From NCBI GenBank assembly GCA_040388095.1, contig JAZKCM010000001.1:74620-123819 (forward strand): 49,200 nt of DNA, given 5' to 3'. Under the pieces are notes generated by a model. That model ran no database searches and was not told the DNA's origin. It worked only from the letters and a program-made list of their open reading frames with translations. Positions 34,539-43,207 of the stretch are shown piece by piece. Source of the stretch: Patescibacteria group bacterium (lineage in GTDB: Bacteria > Patescibacteriota > Minisyncoccia > Phycocordibacterales > UBA9973). The translations under genes were made by a program, and so were the position numbers. How positions within the stretch are numbered: position 1 is the stretch's first letter; each line of letters starts with the position of its first letter.

Positions 34539-35432
34539 TTATCTTAAGTATTTTTGTTTGTTTAATTTATGTTCTTCGAAAGTCCGCGCATAGTGAATAC
34601 CACCTTGCTTGTCATGCAAATAATAAAAATAGTTTGAATTAGAAGGATATATAGAGCTATAAATTGATTCAAGGCCCGGATTACATATTGGGCTCTTTGG
34701 TAAACCTCTAGTTTTGTATGTCTCCGGTGCAGCATCGACTTGAAGTGGCATACCTTTCTTTATTCTATTCCATAAAATTCCAGAGATAATTGCTCTGTCT
34801 GCATCCCCTTTCGCTTCTCTCTCGATAATCGACGCCATAACAATAATCTCTTTTTCTGATCTGCCTGAATTTACAATATCTTTATTTAAATTTTTTGTTT
34901 TTTCTATAAAATTATTACTCAATACTTTAAACACATCGCCTGCATCATCTGTCGGGAAAAAGAAATATGTATCAGGAAAGAGATATCCCTGTTTATCTTT
35001 TGCTTGATTTAAAAAAACTACTTTATCAAACTTTATCAATTTAGAAGAAAAAAGAGATGCAATATCATTGTTATCAAATCCTTCTGGAATCGTTACTTTT
35101 ACTTGAGAAATACCTCTGTCTTTTTTTACTATTTTATCTGCAACATTATAAACAGCTATCTTTTTATCAAAAACATAATCTCCTGGAGATATTTTTTTCT
35201 CACCACCATAAAATATCACGAAAGATTCAAAAACAAATCTTGAGCGTATAACATTCTGTGTTTTAAGATCTCTTGAGAGTGTTCTTAAATTTGCTCCTTG
35301 ATCGATAGTGATGATTTTTCCTGATGGAAATTCTCTTGGTGCAGAAAGTAACAAATGAAAAAAAGAAAAAACAATAACGAAGAAAAGTAAAACATATAAA
35401 GCGGGCGCTATTTTGAAATTTAATTGATCCAT
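34539..35432 (-). CDS. mltG: Endolytic murein transglycosylase MltG (YceG-like)
   Basis: 297 aa. N-terminal TM, ASIIEREA and GLPKSPICNPG motifs. Confidence 0.88.
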   Translation of the reverse strand: MDQLNFKIAPALYVLLFFVIVFSFFHLLLSAPREFPSGKIITIDQGANLRTLSRDLKTQNVIRSRFVFESFVIFYGGEKKISPGDYVFDKKIAVYNVADKIVKKDRGISQVKVTIPEGFDNNDIASLFSSKLIKFDKVVFLNQAKDKQGYLFPDTYFFFPTDDAGDVFKVLSNNFIEKTKNLNKDIVNSGRSEKEIIVMASIIEREAKGDADRAIISGILWNRIKKGMPLQVDAAPETYKTRGLPKSPICNPGLESIYSSIYPSNSNYFYYLHDKQGGIHYARTFEEHKLNKQKYLR

Positions 35433-35437
35433 AAAAA

Positions 35438-36688
35438 CTATATTGGTAAGTTGGTAGGTGGAGCAGCTTCTTTTGACTCGACACGTTCGAGACCAGGAAC
35501 TTTGATAACCTGTCCTGGGAAATGAAATATTGTTGCAAGTTCTTCAGTATTTAAAACAAATGTTTGCGGATGAACGTATTTAGGAATAAACATCGAAATA
35601 GGCCAGAAACTATCAAAATGGCTACGCAATGAGTGATTGAAAAAATTTCTTTCTTGATACTCAAGGAGAAATCTGTTTTTTACAATATCGACTGCTCGAT
35701 CATTTTTATCATACCATTTTGCAATACCAAGAGAATTAACACGTGAAAAACTATTTAAATGAGGTGCTGCGTACTGCCTGAATATGAGACGAAGATTTCT
35801 CAAATTATCAGTCTTAAACGACTCTTTCTTAGCAACATATGCTGCACGAATCCCAGTATCGAATGTGAGCTTGGTCGTCTTATTTAAAATAGCTTCAACG
35901 ACAGGATCGAGCCAAGGTGCTTTTCTGATTTCTTTTGAGCCATCTTCTTTGACTGATGTAAAATCTTTTGAGAGTTCTGAAATTGTATTTTCAGCTTCTT
36001 TAATAAAATCGTGTGTGCCTCCGCTATGACTGTGATATTTTTTATTACTTGCCTGTATGACAATCTGCACCCACATCTGTTCACCACTCTCCATAGAACC
36101 AAAAAGTTCTATGAGTGGTGAAAGTGGGTCAATTTTAAATTCTTCTTTTGGATCTTTATCGAGTCCAAAATCAACATATGTTTTTATCGGAAATGGATCT
36201 GGTTTTTCTAATTTAAATTCACAGCCCCAGATATTCCAGTCACCTCTCTTGGTAATGTCATCTACAGCAAGCGCATAATCCTGAACTTCTATGACTTCAG
36301 ACTGCGGGTACTGAGCATACATTTGTGTCTCGACGAGCTTTTTCATTCGAGAAGGCACTCGTATATAAAAATGTACTTGCCCTTCAATGGAAACAATTTC
36401 TAAAGAAAACCAAAAACGTGTATGCCCTTTCCTGTTTACAGCTTTAGGAATTTTGTTTGTTATTTGATAGAGCGCATTAGTAAAAAAAAGCTCCATCGCG
36501 CGTGGTGATCTAGAAACATCACGAGGAGGTTTGATTTCAAGCAATACCCAATCGATACCAGAAATAAAACGAGTTTTTGTGTAGTGTCTCCAAAGCTTCA
36601 ATGCAAGTGCACCAAGAAGTACTGTTCCACCAAAAGGTAGGACAACATTAAGGACAGGATAAATAATAGCTAAAAACGCATCAATCAT
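35438..36688 (-). CDS. Hypothetical membrane-anchored protein, 416 aa
   Basis: N-terminal TM pair. No Walker motif seen. The LLEIKPPRD...SPRAMELFF...FSLEIVSIEGQVHFYIRVP pattern recalls N-terminal modules of uncharacterised CPR/archaeal proteins; this is recollection only. Confidence 0.45.
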   Translation of the reverse strand: MIDAFLAIIYPVLNVVLPFGGTVLLGALALKLWRHYTKTRFISGIDWVLLEIKPPRDVSRSPRAMELFFTNALYQITNKIPKAVNRKGHTRFWFSLEIVSIEGQVHFYIRVPSRMKKLVETQMYAQYPQSEVIEVQDYALAVDDITKRGDWNIWGCEFKLEKPDPFPIKTYVDFGLDKDPKEEFKIDPLSPLIELFGSMESGEQMWVQIVIQASNKKYHSHSGGTHDFIKEAENTISELSKDFTSVKEDGSKEIRKAPWLDPVVEAILNKTTKLTFDTGIRAAYVAKKESFKTDNLRNLRLIFRQYAAPHLNSFSRVNSLGIAKWYDKNDRAVDIVKNRFLLEYQERNFFNHSLRSHFDSFWPISMFIPKYVHPQTFVLNTEELATIFHFPGQVIKVPGLERVESKEAAPPTNLPI

Positions 36689-36751
36689 TACACTTCTATT
36701 GTAGTATAAAAAAAATTAAATTAAAAGCTTATTTTAGAATAGGAAGTGGTA

Positions 36752-37780
36752 TTATGCAGAAACATAAAGCCCTGACTTATTTTTCTTGAAATACTTAGGG
36801 TTTTGAAGGTTTACCAAGATAGTATTTTTCTTGAAATATCTCTCTTTCATAACTTTTTCTACAACATCTTCTTTAGACATTGGACCTTCTTTTTTGAGAA
36901 TATCACGAATTACTTCACGAGCGATCCCTGTTTTGTAACCCCATTCTGCAAGAGCGTACATACCACGTCCAACAAGAACGAAACGAGAATCTTTGATGAG
37001 CTCATTGTGGCATGTTGCATAATGTGTCTTTTTTCCGAATGTACGAGTGATAGCATCTGCGACTTCTTTGAAATGCATCGGTGAACCGTGTTTGCGCATT
37101 ACAAGGAAAGCATAATCTTTCACACCACGAGTGCGAATATTTGGAGATGTCGCACGACCCCATTCACCGAGAGGGTTCTTTGAAATTCTCTTTGACATTG
37201 AAAGCCATCTTCGAGCGATTTCTTCATTTCTGTATTCTGTAGAAACATCTTTTAAATTCTGCAAAAATCTTTGGATGATTTCAGTTTCAGGGACGAGGTC
37301 TTCATCACTCAGTGATGAATATAATTTCTTTAAAGAATCATGCACTTGGTCAACAACTTCATCATCGACACTCCAACGAACGTGAAAATGATCATCTTCA
37401 CGGTGTTTCTTAAAAGCATCACCGAGCACGAGATAAAAATGTATGTGATTTTGAGTTGCTTTATCTTTTGCAATATGTGGAAGAAAATCATGTTCAGCAA
37501 CAACAGAGCCAAGTGAGGCCATGATTTGCTTTAATTCATCAAAGGTTGCAGACTCGGATTTATATCCTTCAGATTTTTTGATAGAAGTGAGTGCTGCATC
37601 TTCAATCTGGCGTACTCGCTCACGAGTGATGCCATATTTCTGACCTATTTCTTCAAGAGTTTTCTTTTCAGAATCATTAGTCAAACCAAAACGATTCATG
37701 ATAACATCGATTGCTCGGTCATGAAGATGTGAAGTGATTTTTTTTGTAACTTGTTTTGGTTTAAATGATATTGTTGACAT
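36752..37780 (-). CDS. DNA-binding protein: sigma-70 region-4 HTH at the N-terminus fused to a C-terminal HARE-HTH-like domain
   Basis: TLEEIGQKYGITRERVRQIEDAALTSIKK fits region 4.2. C-terminal MHFKEVADAI...HNELIKDSRFVLVGRGMYALAEWGY fits a HARE-HTH pattern. No region 2 is present. Confidence 0.55.
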   Translation of the reverse strand: MSTISFKPKQVTKKITSHLHDRAIDVIMNRFGLTNDSEKKTLEEIGQKYGITRERVRQIEDAALTSIKKSEGYKSESATFDELKQIMASLGSVVAEHDFLPHIAKDKATQNHIHFYLVLGDAFKKHREDDHFHVRWSVDDEVVDQVHDSLKKLYSSLSDEDLVPETEIIQRFLQNLKDVSTEYRNEEIARRWLSMSKRISKNPLGEWGRATSPNIRTRGVKDYAFLVMRKHGSPMHFKEVADAITRTFGKKTHYATCHNELIKDSRFVLVGRGMYALAEWGYKTGIAREVIRDILKKEGPMSKEDVVEKVMKERYFKKNTILVNLQNPKYFKKNKSGLYVSA

Positions 37781-37834
37781 GATTTTTTAAAAAAAATATT
37801 TTTTACTAATTAATGATAAATTATTATTAGTTTA

Positions 37835-37862
37835 ATTATACACATGTTTGACTACACGTCAA
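37835..37862 (-). promoter_or_regulatory. Putative promoter TTGACG-16-TATAAT
   Basis: Read on the minus strand: -35 at 37857..37862 and -10 at 37835..37840. Confidence 0.45.
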
Positions 37863-37880
37863 ATGATATGTTAATAATTA

Positions 37881-39689
37881 TTACTTGTTTCTATTTGCTT
37901 TGATTCTATCTTGCTCAGTGAGGAATTTCTTTCGTAGGCGGACGCTCTTTGGAGTGATTTCCAAATATTCGTCTTCACTCATTATTTCCAAACCACGTTC
38001 AATACTAAGGGCAAAAGGAGGTCGCACCACGATAGCTTCATCAGTACCTGAGGCACGCATATTAGTCAATTGCTTACCTTTTGTTGGGTTTACAGCCATA
38101 TCTTCACCTTTGAGGACATTACCGACAACCATACCTTCATATACTTCTGTACCGTGATCTATATATAATATACCACGTTCTTGTAAATTTGCAAGTGAGA
38201 AAGCGACAGCCTTACCAGCCACCATAGAAGACATAGAACCATATTCCCTTTTCTTCACTTCTCCAGCATATGGTTTGAAACCGATCACACGTGAAGACAT
38301 AATACCTTCACCTTTTGTGTCGATGATAAATTCGCCACGGTAACCAAGAAGTCCGCGAGTTGGAAGTTCGAAAACGATTCTCTGAATGCGTCCTTTTGAA
38401 GACATATCTTTCATAACTCCACGGCGCTTACCTATCTTCTCGATAACACTACCGGAAAATTCTTCTGGTACATCGATAACTAATTCTTCGAATGGTTCTG
38501 TCTTATGTCCGTTCTCTTCTTTGACGATAACTTCAGGCTGAGAGACTTGCATTTCAAATCCTTCACGGCGCATATTTTCAAGAAGAACGGCGACGTGTAA
38601 TTCTCCGCGTCCGTAAACTTTAAAGAAACTTGGACCAGAATTATTGTCTCCTTGGTCAGGAGAAAAATCCACCTTAAGTCCGACGTTGATTTCGAGTTCT
38701 TTTTCGAGGCGTTCTTTTATCTGTCGTGATGTGACAAACTTCCCTTCTTTACCAGCAAATGGAGAATCGTTAACTAAGAAGTTAAGAGAGATAGTCGGTT
38801 CATCGATTGCAATAGTCGGGAGTTCTTGCGTCTTATCATCGAGACAAAGTGTCTCACCGATATAGATGTCTGGAATACCTGCAAGCATAACGATGTCACC
38901 TGATGTCGCATCCGCTACTTCTTTACGAGCAATACCTTCGAAAGTGAAAAGTTTTGTGATCTTTCCTGTACGATTGCCGTGTACTCCTTTTACAAAAACT
39001 TGTGATCCTGAAGTTATTTTTCCTCCATAGATACGAGCGATAGCCATACGGCCGAGGAAGTTGTCATAGCCAAGGTTAAATACTTGCGCGAGCGCAGGAT
39101 CAGCATCGTGACCTGAAGCCTGTGGAACACTTTCTAGTATCAAATCAAGTAATGGTGAGAAATCAGCTGACTTCGTCGCCAAATCTATTGTTGCCCAGCC
39201 TTCACGTCCGACAGCATAGACAGTTTTGAAATCTGCTTGTTCATCTGTAGCACCGAGTTCAAAGAAAAGCTCAAGCACTTCTTCGTGTACGCGATGCGCA
39301 TCAGCTGCTGGCTTGTCGATCTTATTGATGACGACGATTGGCTTAAGACCGAGCTCGAGAGATTTCTTGAGAACGAAGCGAGTTTGTGGCATCGGGCCTT
39401 CGACAGCGTCGACAAGGAGGAGCACAGAATCAATAGCACGGAGCACGCGTTCAACTTCAGAACCGAAGTCGGCGTGACCTGGTGTGTCCACGATGTTGAT
39501 CTTCGTGTCTTTATAATAGATTGAAGTATTTTTTGAATAAATAGTGATACCTCTTTCTTTTTCAATGTCATTTGAGTCCATTGAAATACCTTCTGTTTGA
39601 AGTCCACCGTTTTGTTTCATTAAACCATCAGTAAGAGTTGTCTTGCCGTGGTCCACGTGAGCTATGATTGCTATGTTTCTGATTTCCAT
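37881..39689 (-). CDS. typA: Translational GTPase TypA/BipA
   Basis: 602 aa. [28 protein letters not shown]-like domains without domain IV. Confidence 0.95.
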   Translation of the reverse strand: MEIRNIAIIAHVDHGKTTLTDGLMKQNGGLQTEGISMDSNDIEKERGITIYSKNTSIYYKDTKINIVDTPGHADFGSEVERVLRAIDSVLLLVDAVEGPMPQTRFVLKKSLELGLKPIVVINKIDKPAADAHRVHEEVLELFFELGATDEQADFKTVYAVGREGWATIDLATKSADFSPLLDLILESVPQASGHDADPALAQVFNLGYDNFLGRMAIARIYGGKITSGSQVFVKGVHGNRTGKITKLFTFEGIARKEVADATSGDIVMLAGIPDIYIGETLCLDDKTQELPTIAIDEPTISLNFLVNDSPFAGKEGKFVTSRQIKERLEKELEINVGLKVDFSPDQGDNNSGPSFFKVYGRGELHVAVLLENMRREGFEMQVSQPEVIVKEENGHKTEPFEELVIDVPEEFSGSVIEKIGKRRGVMKDMSSKGRIQRIVFELPTRGLLGYRGEFIIDTKGEGIMSSRVIGFKPYAGEVKKREYGSMSSMVAGKAVAFSLANLQERGILYIDHGTEVYEGMVVGNVLKGEDMAVNPTKGKQLTNMRASGTDEAIVVRPPFALSIERGLEIMSEDEYLEITPKSVRLRKKFLTEQDRIKANRNK

Positions 39690-39726
39690 TTTGTATTAAA
39701 ATTAGTTATTTATAAATATTGAGTAA

Positions 39727-39746
39727 ACAAAAAAAGCCGACGGCTT
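39727..39746 (-). terminator. Small intrinsic terminator after rseP
   Basis: Minus strand aagcc-gtc-ggctt followed by a T-run of 7-8. Confidence 0.5.
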
Positions 39747-39787
39747 AATGAAGAAATAATAACACATAAAGTTTTGAAATGCAAAAT

Positions 39788-40882
39788 TTAGAAAAGCTTT
39801 ACGATATCGTGATATGTCACCACGAGCATAAGAAGAATAAGGAGCGAGAAGCCGATGATATTTGTGATATTTGCGACTTTGGGCTTTATTGGTGAGCCTT
39901 TGATTTTCTCAATTAAAACAAAGAGTAATCGTCCTCCGTCGAGCGCTGGAAAAGGAATCAAGTTCATCACCGCAAGACTCACAGAAATAGCCGCTGCGAA
40001 AGAAATAAGAAAACCAAACCCAATTTGCGAAACAAAACCAGTAACTTTAACCAAGCCAACAGGTCCGATAATAGAATCACGAAGTTCTTTGCTCTCAGGT
40101 GCATTAAAAATTAATTTCTTAAATGAAATAATTGTATCTCGTGAAGCGAGGAGAGTCGTCTGAAAACCATATTTGAAAGATTCTAAAAAAGTAAATTTTC
40201 CTGAAGCGAGGAAGTTTGGAGTAATACCGACAAATGCTCGAGATAAAGCGACATTTTCTTCTGGTATAACATCTGCTGACATTTCGATATTATTACGAAG
40301 ATATGAAAAATGAATACTCTCTCCTGGTTTATTGGTAAAAGAAATAAATTGTTCAAGTGTCGGTGATACAAGTTTTTCTTTTTTTGTTTCAACTGAAAGA
40401 ATAATATCACCCGTCGCAATACCTGCTTTTTCTGCAGGACTTTCTTTGAGTACCTCAAGAACAACCATTTTGTTTGTCATCTGTTCTTTTGCTTTTTGAG
40501 GAATACTATCGACAGCAAATGGAGAGCCAAGTAAAAAAGTAGTCGAAAAAAGAAACCAAGCAAGGATGAAGTTCATAAAGATACCGGCAAAAAGCACGAT
40601 CGCTTGTTGCCATTTTGGTTTGTTCACAAAGCTCCTACTCGCATCTGGGCCAGTCGTGTTTTCTGCATCAGGATTCTCACCATATATTTTTACAAATCCA
40701 CCAAAAGGCAGAGCATTCAAGCTGTACTCTGTCTCTCCTTTTTTGAAGCTCGCTATTTTCGGCGGAAAACCAAAACCAAATTCATCAACACGTATGCCGA
40801 ATTTCTTGGCAGAAAAAAAATGCCCCCATTCGTGCACCAAAACTAACACTAAAAGAATTATTAAAAAGATTATGATGCTCAT
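39788..40882 (-). CDS. rseP: Site-2 zinc metalloprotease RseP (M50 family)
   Basis: HEWGHF, a PDZ domain, NLIPFPALDGG. Confidence 0.9.
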   Translation of the reverse strand: MSIIIFLIILLVLVLVHEWGHFFSAKKFGIRVDEFGFGFPPKIASFKKGETEYSLNALPFGGFVKIYGENPDAENTTGPDASRSFVNKPKWQQAIVLFAGIFMNFILAWFLFSTTFLLGSPFAVDSIPQKAKEQMTNKMVVLEVLKESPAEKAGIATGDIILSVETKKEKLVSPTLEQFISFTNKPGESIHFSYLRNNIEMSADVIPEENVALSRAFVGITPNFLASGKFTFLESFKYGFQTTLLASRDTIISFKKLIFNAPESKELRDSIIGPVGLVKVTGFVSQIGFGFLISFAAAISVSLAVMNLIPFPALDGGRLLFVLIEKIKGSPIKPKVANITNIIGFSLLILLMLVVTYHDIVKLF

Positions 40883-40892
40883 ATATTATTTT

Positions 40893-41429
40893 TTACTGAC
40901 CTAGTACTTCAGTTTCTTTTTTCTCAAAAATTGCTTCGAGATTCCTGTTTGTCTCATCGACTATTTTCTGCAAATCTTCCTTTGCTCGGAACTTTTCATC
41001 TTCAGTAAGAGCATTTACATCATCCATAACTTTTTCTCGTTCTTTGCGCACAGTAATACGCGCTTCTTCAAGCTTGCCTTTCAAAACTTTTACCAAATTC
41101 TGACGAGTCTCAGTTGTGAGCTGAGGAAAGATGACACGGAGGCCGGATTCATCGGTAGCGACAGAAAGGCCGAGGTTTGCAGCTTGGATTGATTTTTCGA
41201 TTCCTTTGATCTGGCTTTTGTCCCACGGAGCGACACGGAGCGTTTTTGCATCTTCAATAGAAACAGAAGCGACGTTCTTGATCGGTTGGTATGCGCCGTA
41301 GACTTCGACAGAAATACCATCGAGCACCATTGGAGACGCACGGCCTGTATTGAGCTGAGTATATTCTTTGCTCAAGAATTCTTCCACCTTCTTCATTTCA
41401 GATTTCGCATTTGAAAAGTTGTATTGCAT
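40893..41429 (-). CDS. frr: Ribosome recycling factor
   Basis: 178 aa. Typical RRF sequence (RTGRASPMVLDGISVEVYG..., ...LTEDEKFRAKEDLQK). Confidence 0.95.
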   Translation of the reverse strand: MQYNFSNAKSEMKKVEEFLSKEYTQLNTGRASPMVLDGISVEVYGAYQPIKNVASVSIEDAKTLRVAPWDKSQIKGIEKSIQAANLGLSVATDESGLRVIFPQLTTETRQNLVKVLKGKLEEARITVRKEREKVMDDVNALTEDEKFRAKEDLQKIVDETNRNLEAIFEKKETEVLGQ

Positions 41430-41437
41430 ATACGGTA

Positions 41438-41446
41438 ATTATATCA
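41438..41446 (-). promoter_or_regulatory. Extended -10 (TGA-TATAAT) 8 nt upstream of the frr ATG
   Basis: Minus strand reads TGATATAAT-taccgtat-ATG. Confidence 0.35.
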
Positions 41447-41450
41447 GAAA

Positions 41451-42155
41451 TTAAAAATTCGGCACGAGCAGAGCTACTGACTCCAAAAGCATTTTACTCG
41501 ATGATCCTGGCTGGCGGAGAAACCCTCGGACTTTGAAAATATGATCGAAAACATCTGTGTTTGATGTTGAAATATTTTTAGCATGGAGTACGGTTTCGAG
41601 AGCGTCCAAAAAACGATTGGCTTTCGCGCGAGTTGAATCTTCTATGATTTCATCTTCGTCATCTTTATCTTTCAAAAATTCTTTGAGGAAATCGAGGCGG
41701 GCAGAAAGTTTCATCACAATGAAACTTTCTGCTATTTTTATATATTCTTCATTCTTGCCTTTTGTCGAAATTACACGGAAGCGAGAAATGATCGTTGGAA
41801 TAAAAATGCTGACATCCGGCACGATGATGAAAAAATGCGTATGAGCTGTCGGCTCTTCGAATACTTTGAGTAGGCTGTTCTGCGCTTCGAGTAGAAAACT
41901 ATTTGTAGAAATAATAAAAATTTTTCTTGCTTTAATTTCTTCGGAAAAAATCTTCTGATTCACGAGCATTTTTAAATTTTCTGCATCTTTGATTTTAAAA
42001 CTATCGATGAAGACATTATAGAAATCAGGGTTGCCGGAAGTTTTGACATCCAGAATTTCAAGGAAAGACAAAACTTCCGGCAAAATTATTTCTCTCGACC
42101 CTTCGATGAGATATGCGTGATGGAGATTGTCTTTATCCAGCTGTTCTTTGAACAT
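41451..42155 (-). CDS. holB: DNA polymerase III delta-prime-like subunit (short)
   Basis: HHAYLIEG...NSLLKVFEEPTAHTHFFIIV. Start set at MFKEQ directly after the mreB stop; the longer ORF overlaps mreB. Confidence 0.7.
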   Translation of the reverse strand: MFKEQLDKDNLHHAYLIEGSREIILPEVLSFLEILDVKTSGNPDFYNVFIDSFKIKDAENLKMLVNQKIFSEEIKARKIFIISTNSFLLEAQNSLLKVFEEPTAHTHFFIIVPDVSIFIPTIISRFRVISTKGKNEEYIKIAESFIVMKLSARLDFLKEFLKDKDDEDEIIEDSTRAKANRFLDALETVLHAKNISTSNTDVFDHIFKVRGFLRQPGSSSKMLLESVALLVPNF

Positions 42156-42156
42156 A

Positions 42157-43170
42157 TTATTTTTTACTAAGCACAGCTTTCTTGTAGACGTCGAGGTGAT
42201 CGAGCGCAATACCAGTACCTTTGACGACACAGTAAAGCGCATCTTCCGCGAGTGTCGCTTTGACTCCTGTTTTTCTATAAACCAAATCAGTGAGATTGCG
42301 AAGTTGTGAAGATCCACCTGTCATAATGATGCCGTGGTCGATGATATCTGAGGCGAGCTCAGGCGGAGTTTCTTGCAATACATCTTTGATCGCTTTGATT
42401 ATCTGCTTGAGTTCAGCGTCGATTGCTTTAACTATTTCATTAGTACCGACTTGTGCACTTCGAGGCAAACCTTGAATGAAGTCCCTTCCTTTTATAGTCA
42501 CGCGTAGCTCTTCTTCGAGCGCAACTGCAGCACCGATCTTTATCTTCACTTCTTCAGCAGTCCTGTCTCCAATAGCGAGGTTAAAAGTTTTCTTTATATA
42601 ATCTGCAATAGCTTGGTCTATCTTATTGCCTGCGCATTTCACCGAAGTAGACGCAACAATACCTCCAAGAGAAATCACCGCTACGTCAGTCGTGCCTCCG
42701 CCAATGTCGACAACCATATGACCTTTTGATTCATAAATAGGAATACCGGCACCGATAGCAGCGAGAATTGGTTCTTTGACGACATATGCATTTTTTGCGC
42801 CAGCTTTGATAGCTGCTTCGATAACCGCTCGTCTTTCAGTAGAAGTCACTCCGGCTGGTACAGAAATCATCACATCAGGTTTCCAGAGATTAAATTTTCC
42901 CAACGCTTTATTGATGAAATAACGGAGCATTGCTTCAGTTACTCTATAGTCTGCAATGACACCGTCTTTCATAGGACGGTATGCAATAATCGAATCAGGA
43001 GTCTTTCCGATCATATCTTTCGCGTCAAAACCGATAGCGAGAATTTTGTTGTCTTGCTCAGACACAGCGACGACGGAAGGCTCGTTTAAAACAACACCTT
43101 TACCAGGAAGATACACGAGCGTATTTGCAGTACCAAGGTCGATGCCGAGCTTTTTGGAAAAAATTGCCAT
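42157..43170 (-). CDS. mreB: Rod shape-determining protein MreB
   Basis: 337 aa. GIDLGTANTLVY, DIGGGTTDVAVISLGG, GGSSQLRNL. Confidence 0.95.
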   Translation of the reverse strand: MAIFSKKLGIDLGTANTLVYLPGKGVVLNEPSVVAVSEQDNKILAIGFDAKDMIGKTPDSIIAYRPMKDGVIADYRVTEAMLRYFINKALGKFNLWKPDVMISVPAGVTSTERRAVIEAAIKAGAKNAYVVKEPILAAIGAGIPIYESKGHMVVDIGGGTTDVAVISLGGIVASTSVKCAGNKIDQAIADYIKKTFNLAIGDRTAEEVKIKIGAAVALEEELRVTIKGRDFIQGLPRSAQVGTNEIVKAIDAELKQIIKAIKDVLQETPPELASDIIDHGIIMTGGSSQLRNLTDLVYRKTGVKATLAEDALYCVVKGTGIALDHLDVYKKAVLSKK

Positions 43171-43176
43171 AGAGCA

Positions 43177-43185
43177 AATATATCA
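43177..43185 (-). promoter_or_regulatory. Extended -10 (TGA-TATATT) 6 nt upstream of the mreB ATG
   Basis: Minus strand reads TGATATATT-tgctct-ATG. Confidence 0.45.
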
Positions 43186-43191
43186 CAAAAA

Positions 43192-43200
43192 TGGTAAAAT
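43192..43200 (+). promoter_or_regulatory. Extended -10 (TGG-TAAAAT) 7 nt upstream of the priA-like ATG
   Basis: TGGTAAAAT-aaaaatt-ATG, back to back with 43177..43185 in a 37-bp spacer. Confidence 0.45.
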
Positions 43201-43207
43201 AAAAATT

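Noticed and set aside
36691-36748. 10-bp long-range hairpin upstream of the 416-aa membrane protein gene, considered as an independent ncRNA.
   Set aside because: The stem has a bulge and encloses an unstructured A/T-rich loop of about 37 nt. It is more simply an inter-cistronic attenuator or start-region occluding stem, and is mentioned under the neighbouring finding only.
42156-42317. 54-codon N-terminal extension of the holB-like ORF, overlapping the 3' end of mreB. Similar extensions occur for rpmE (7297-7383), prfA (6936-6962), mraZ (30003-30026), ftsA (45822-45845) and rpsU (45169-45174).
   Set aside because: Homology starts at the internal ATG in each case. The extensions overlap neighbouring genes, RNA structure or operator boxes, or they rely on GTG/TTG starts.
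42956-43207. 84-codon N-terminal extension of the priA-like ORF, overlapping mreB on the opposite strand.
   Set aside because: The extension is antisense to conserved mreB codons. PriA-like sequence begins at MKIVTVIPLSKG (ATG 43208), which has its own -10 element.
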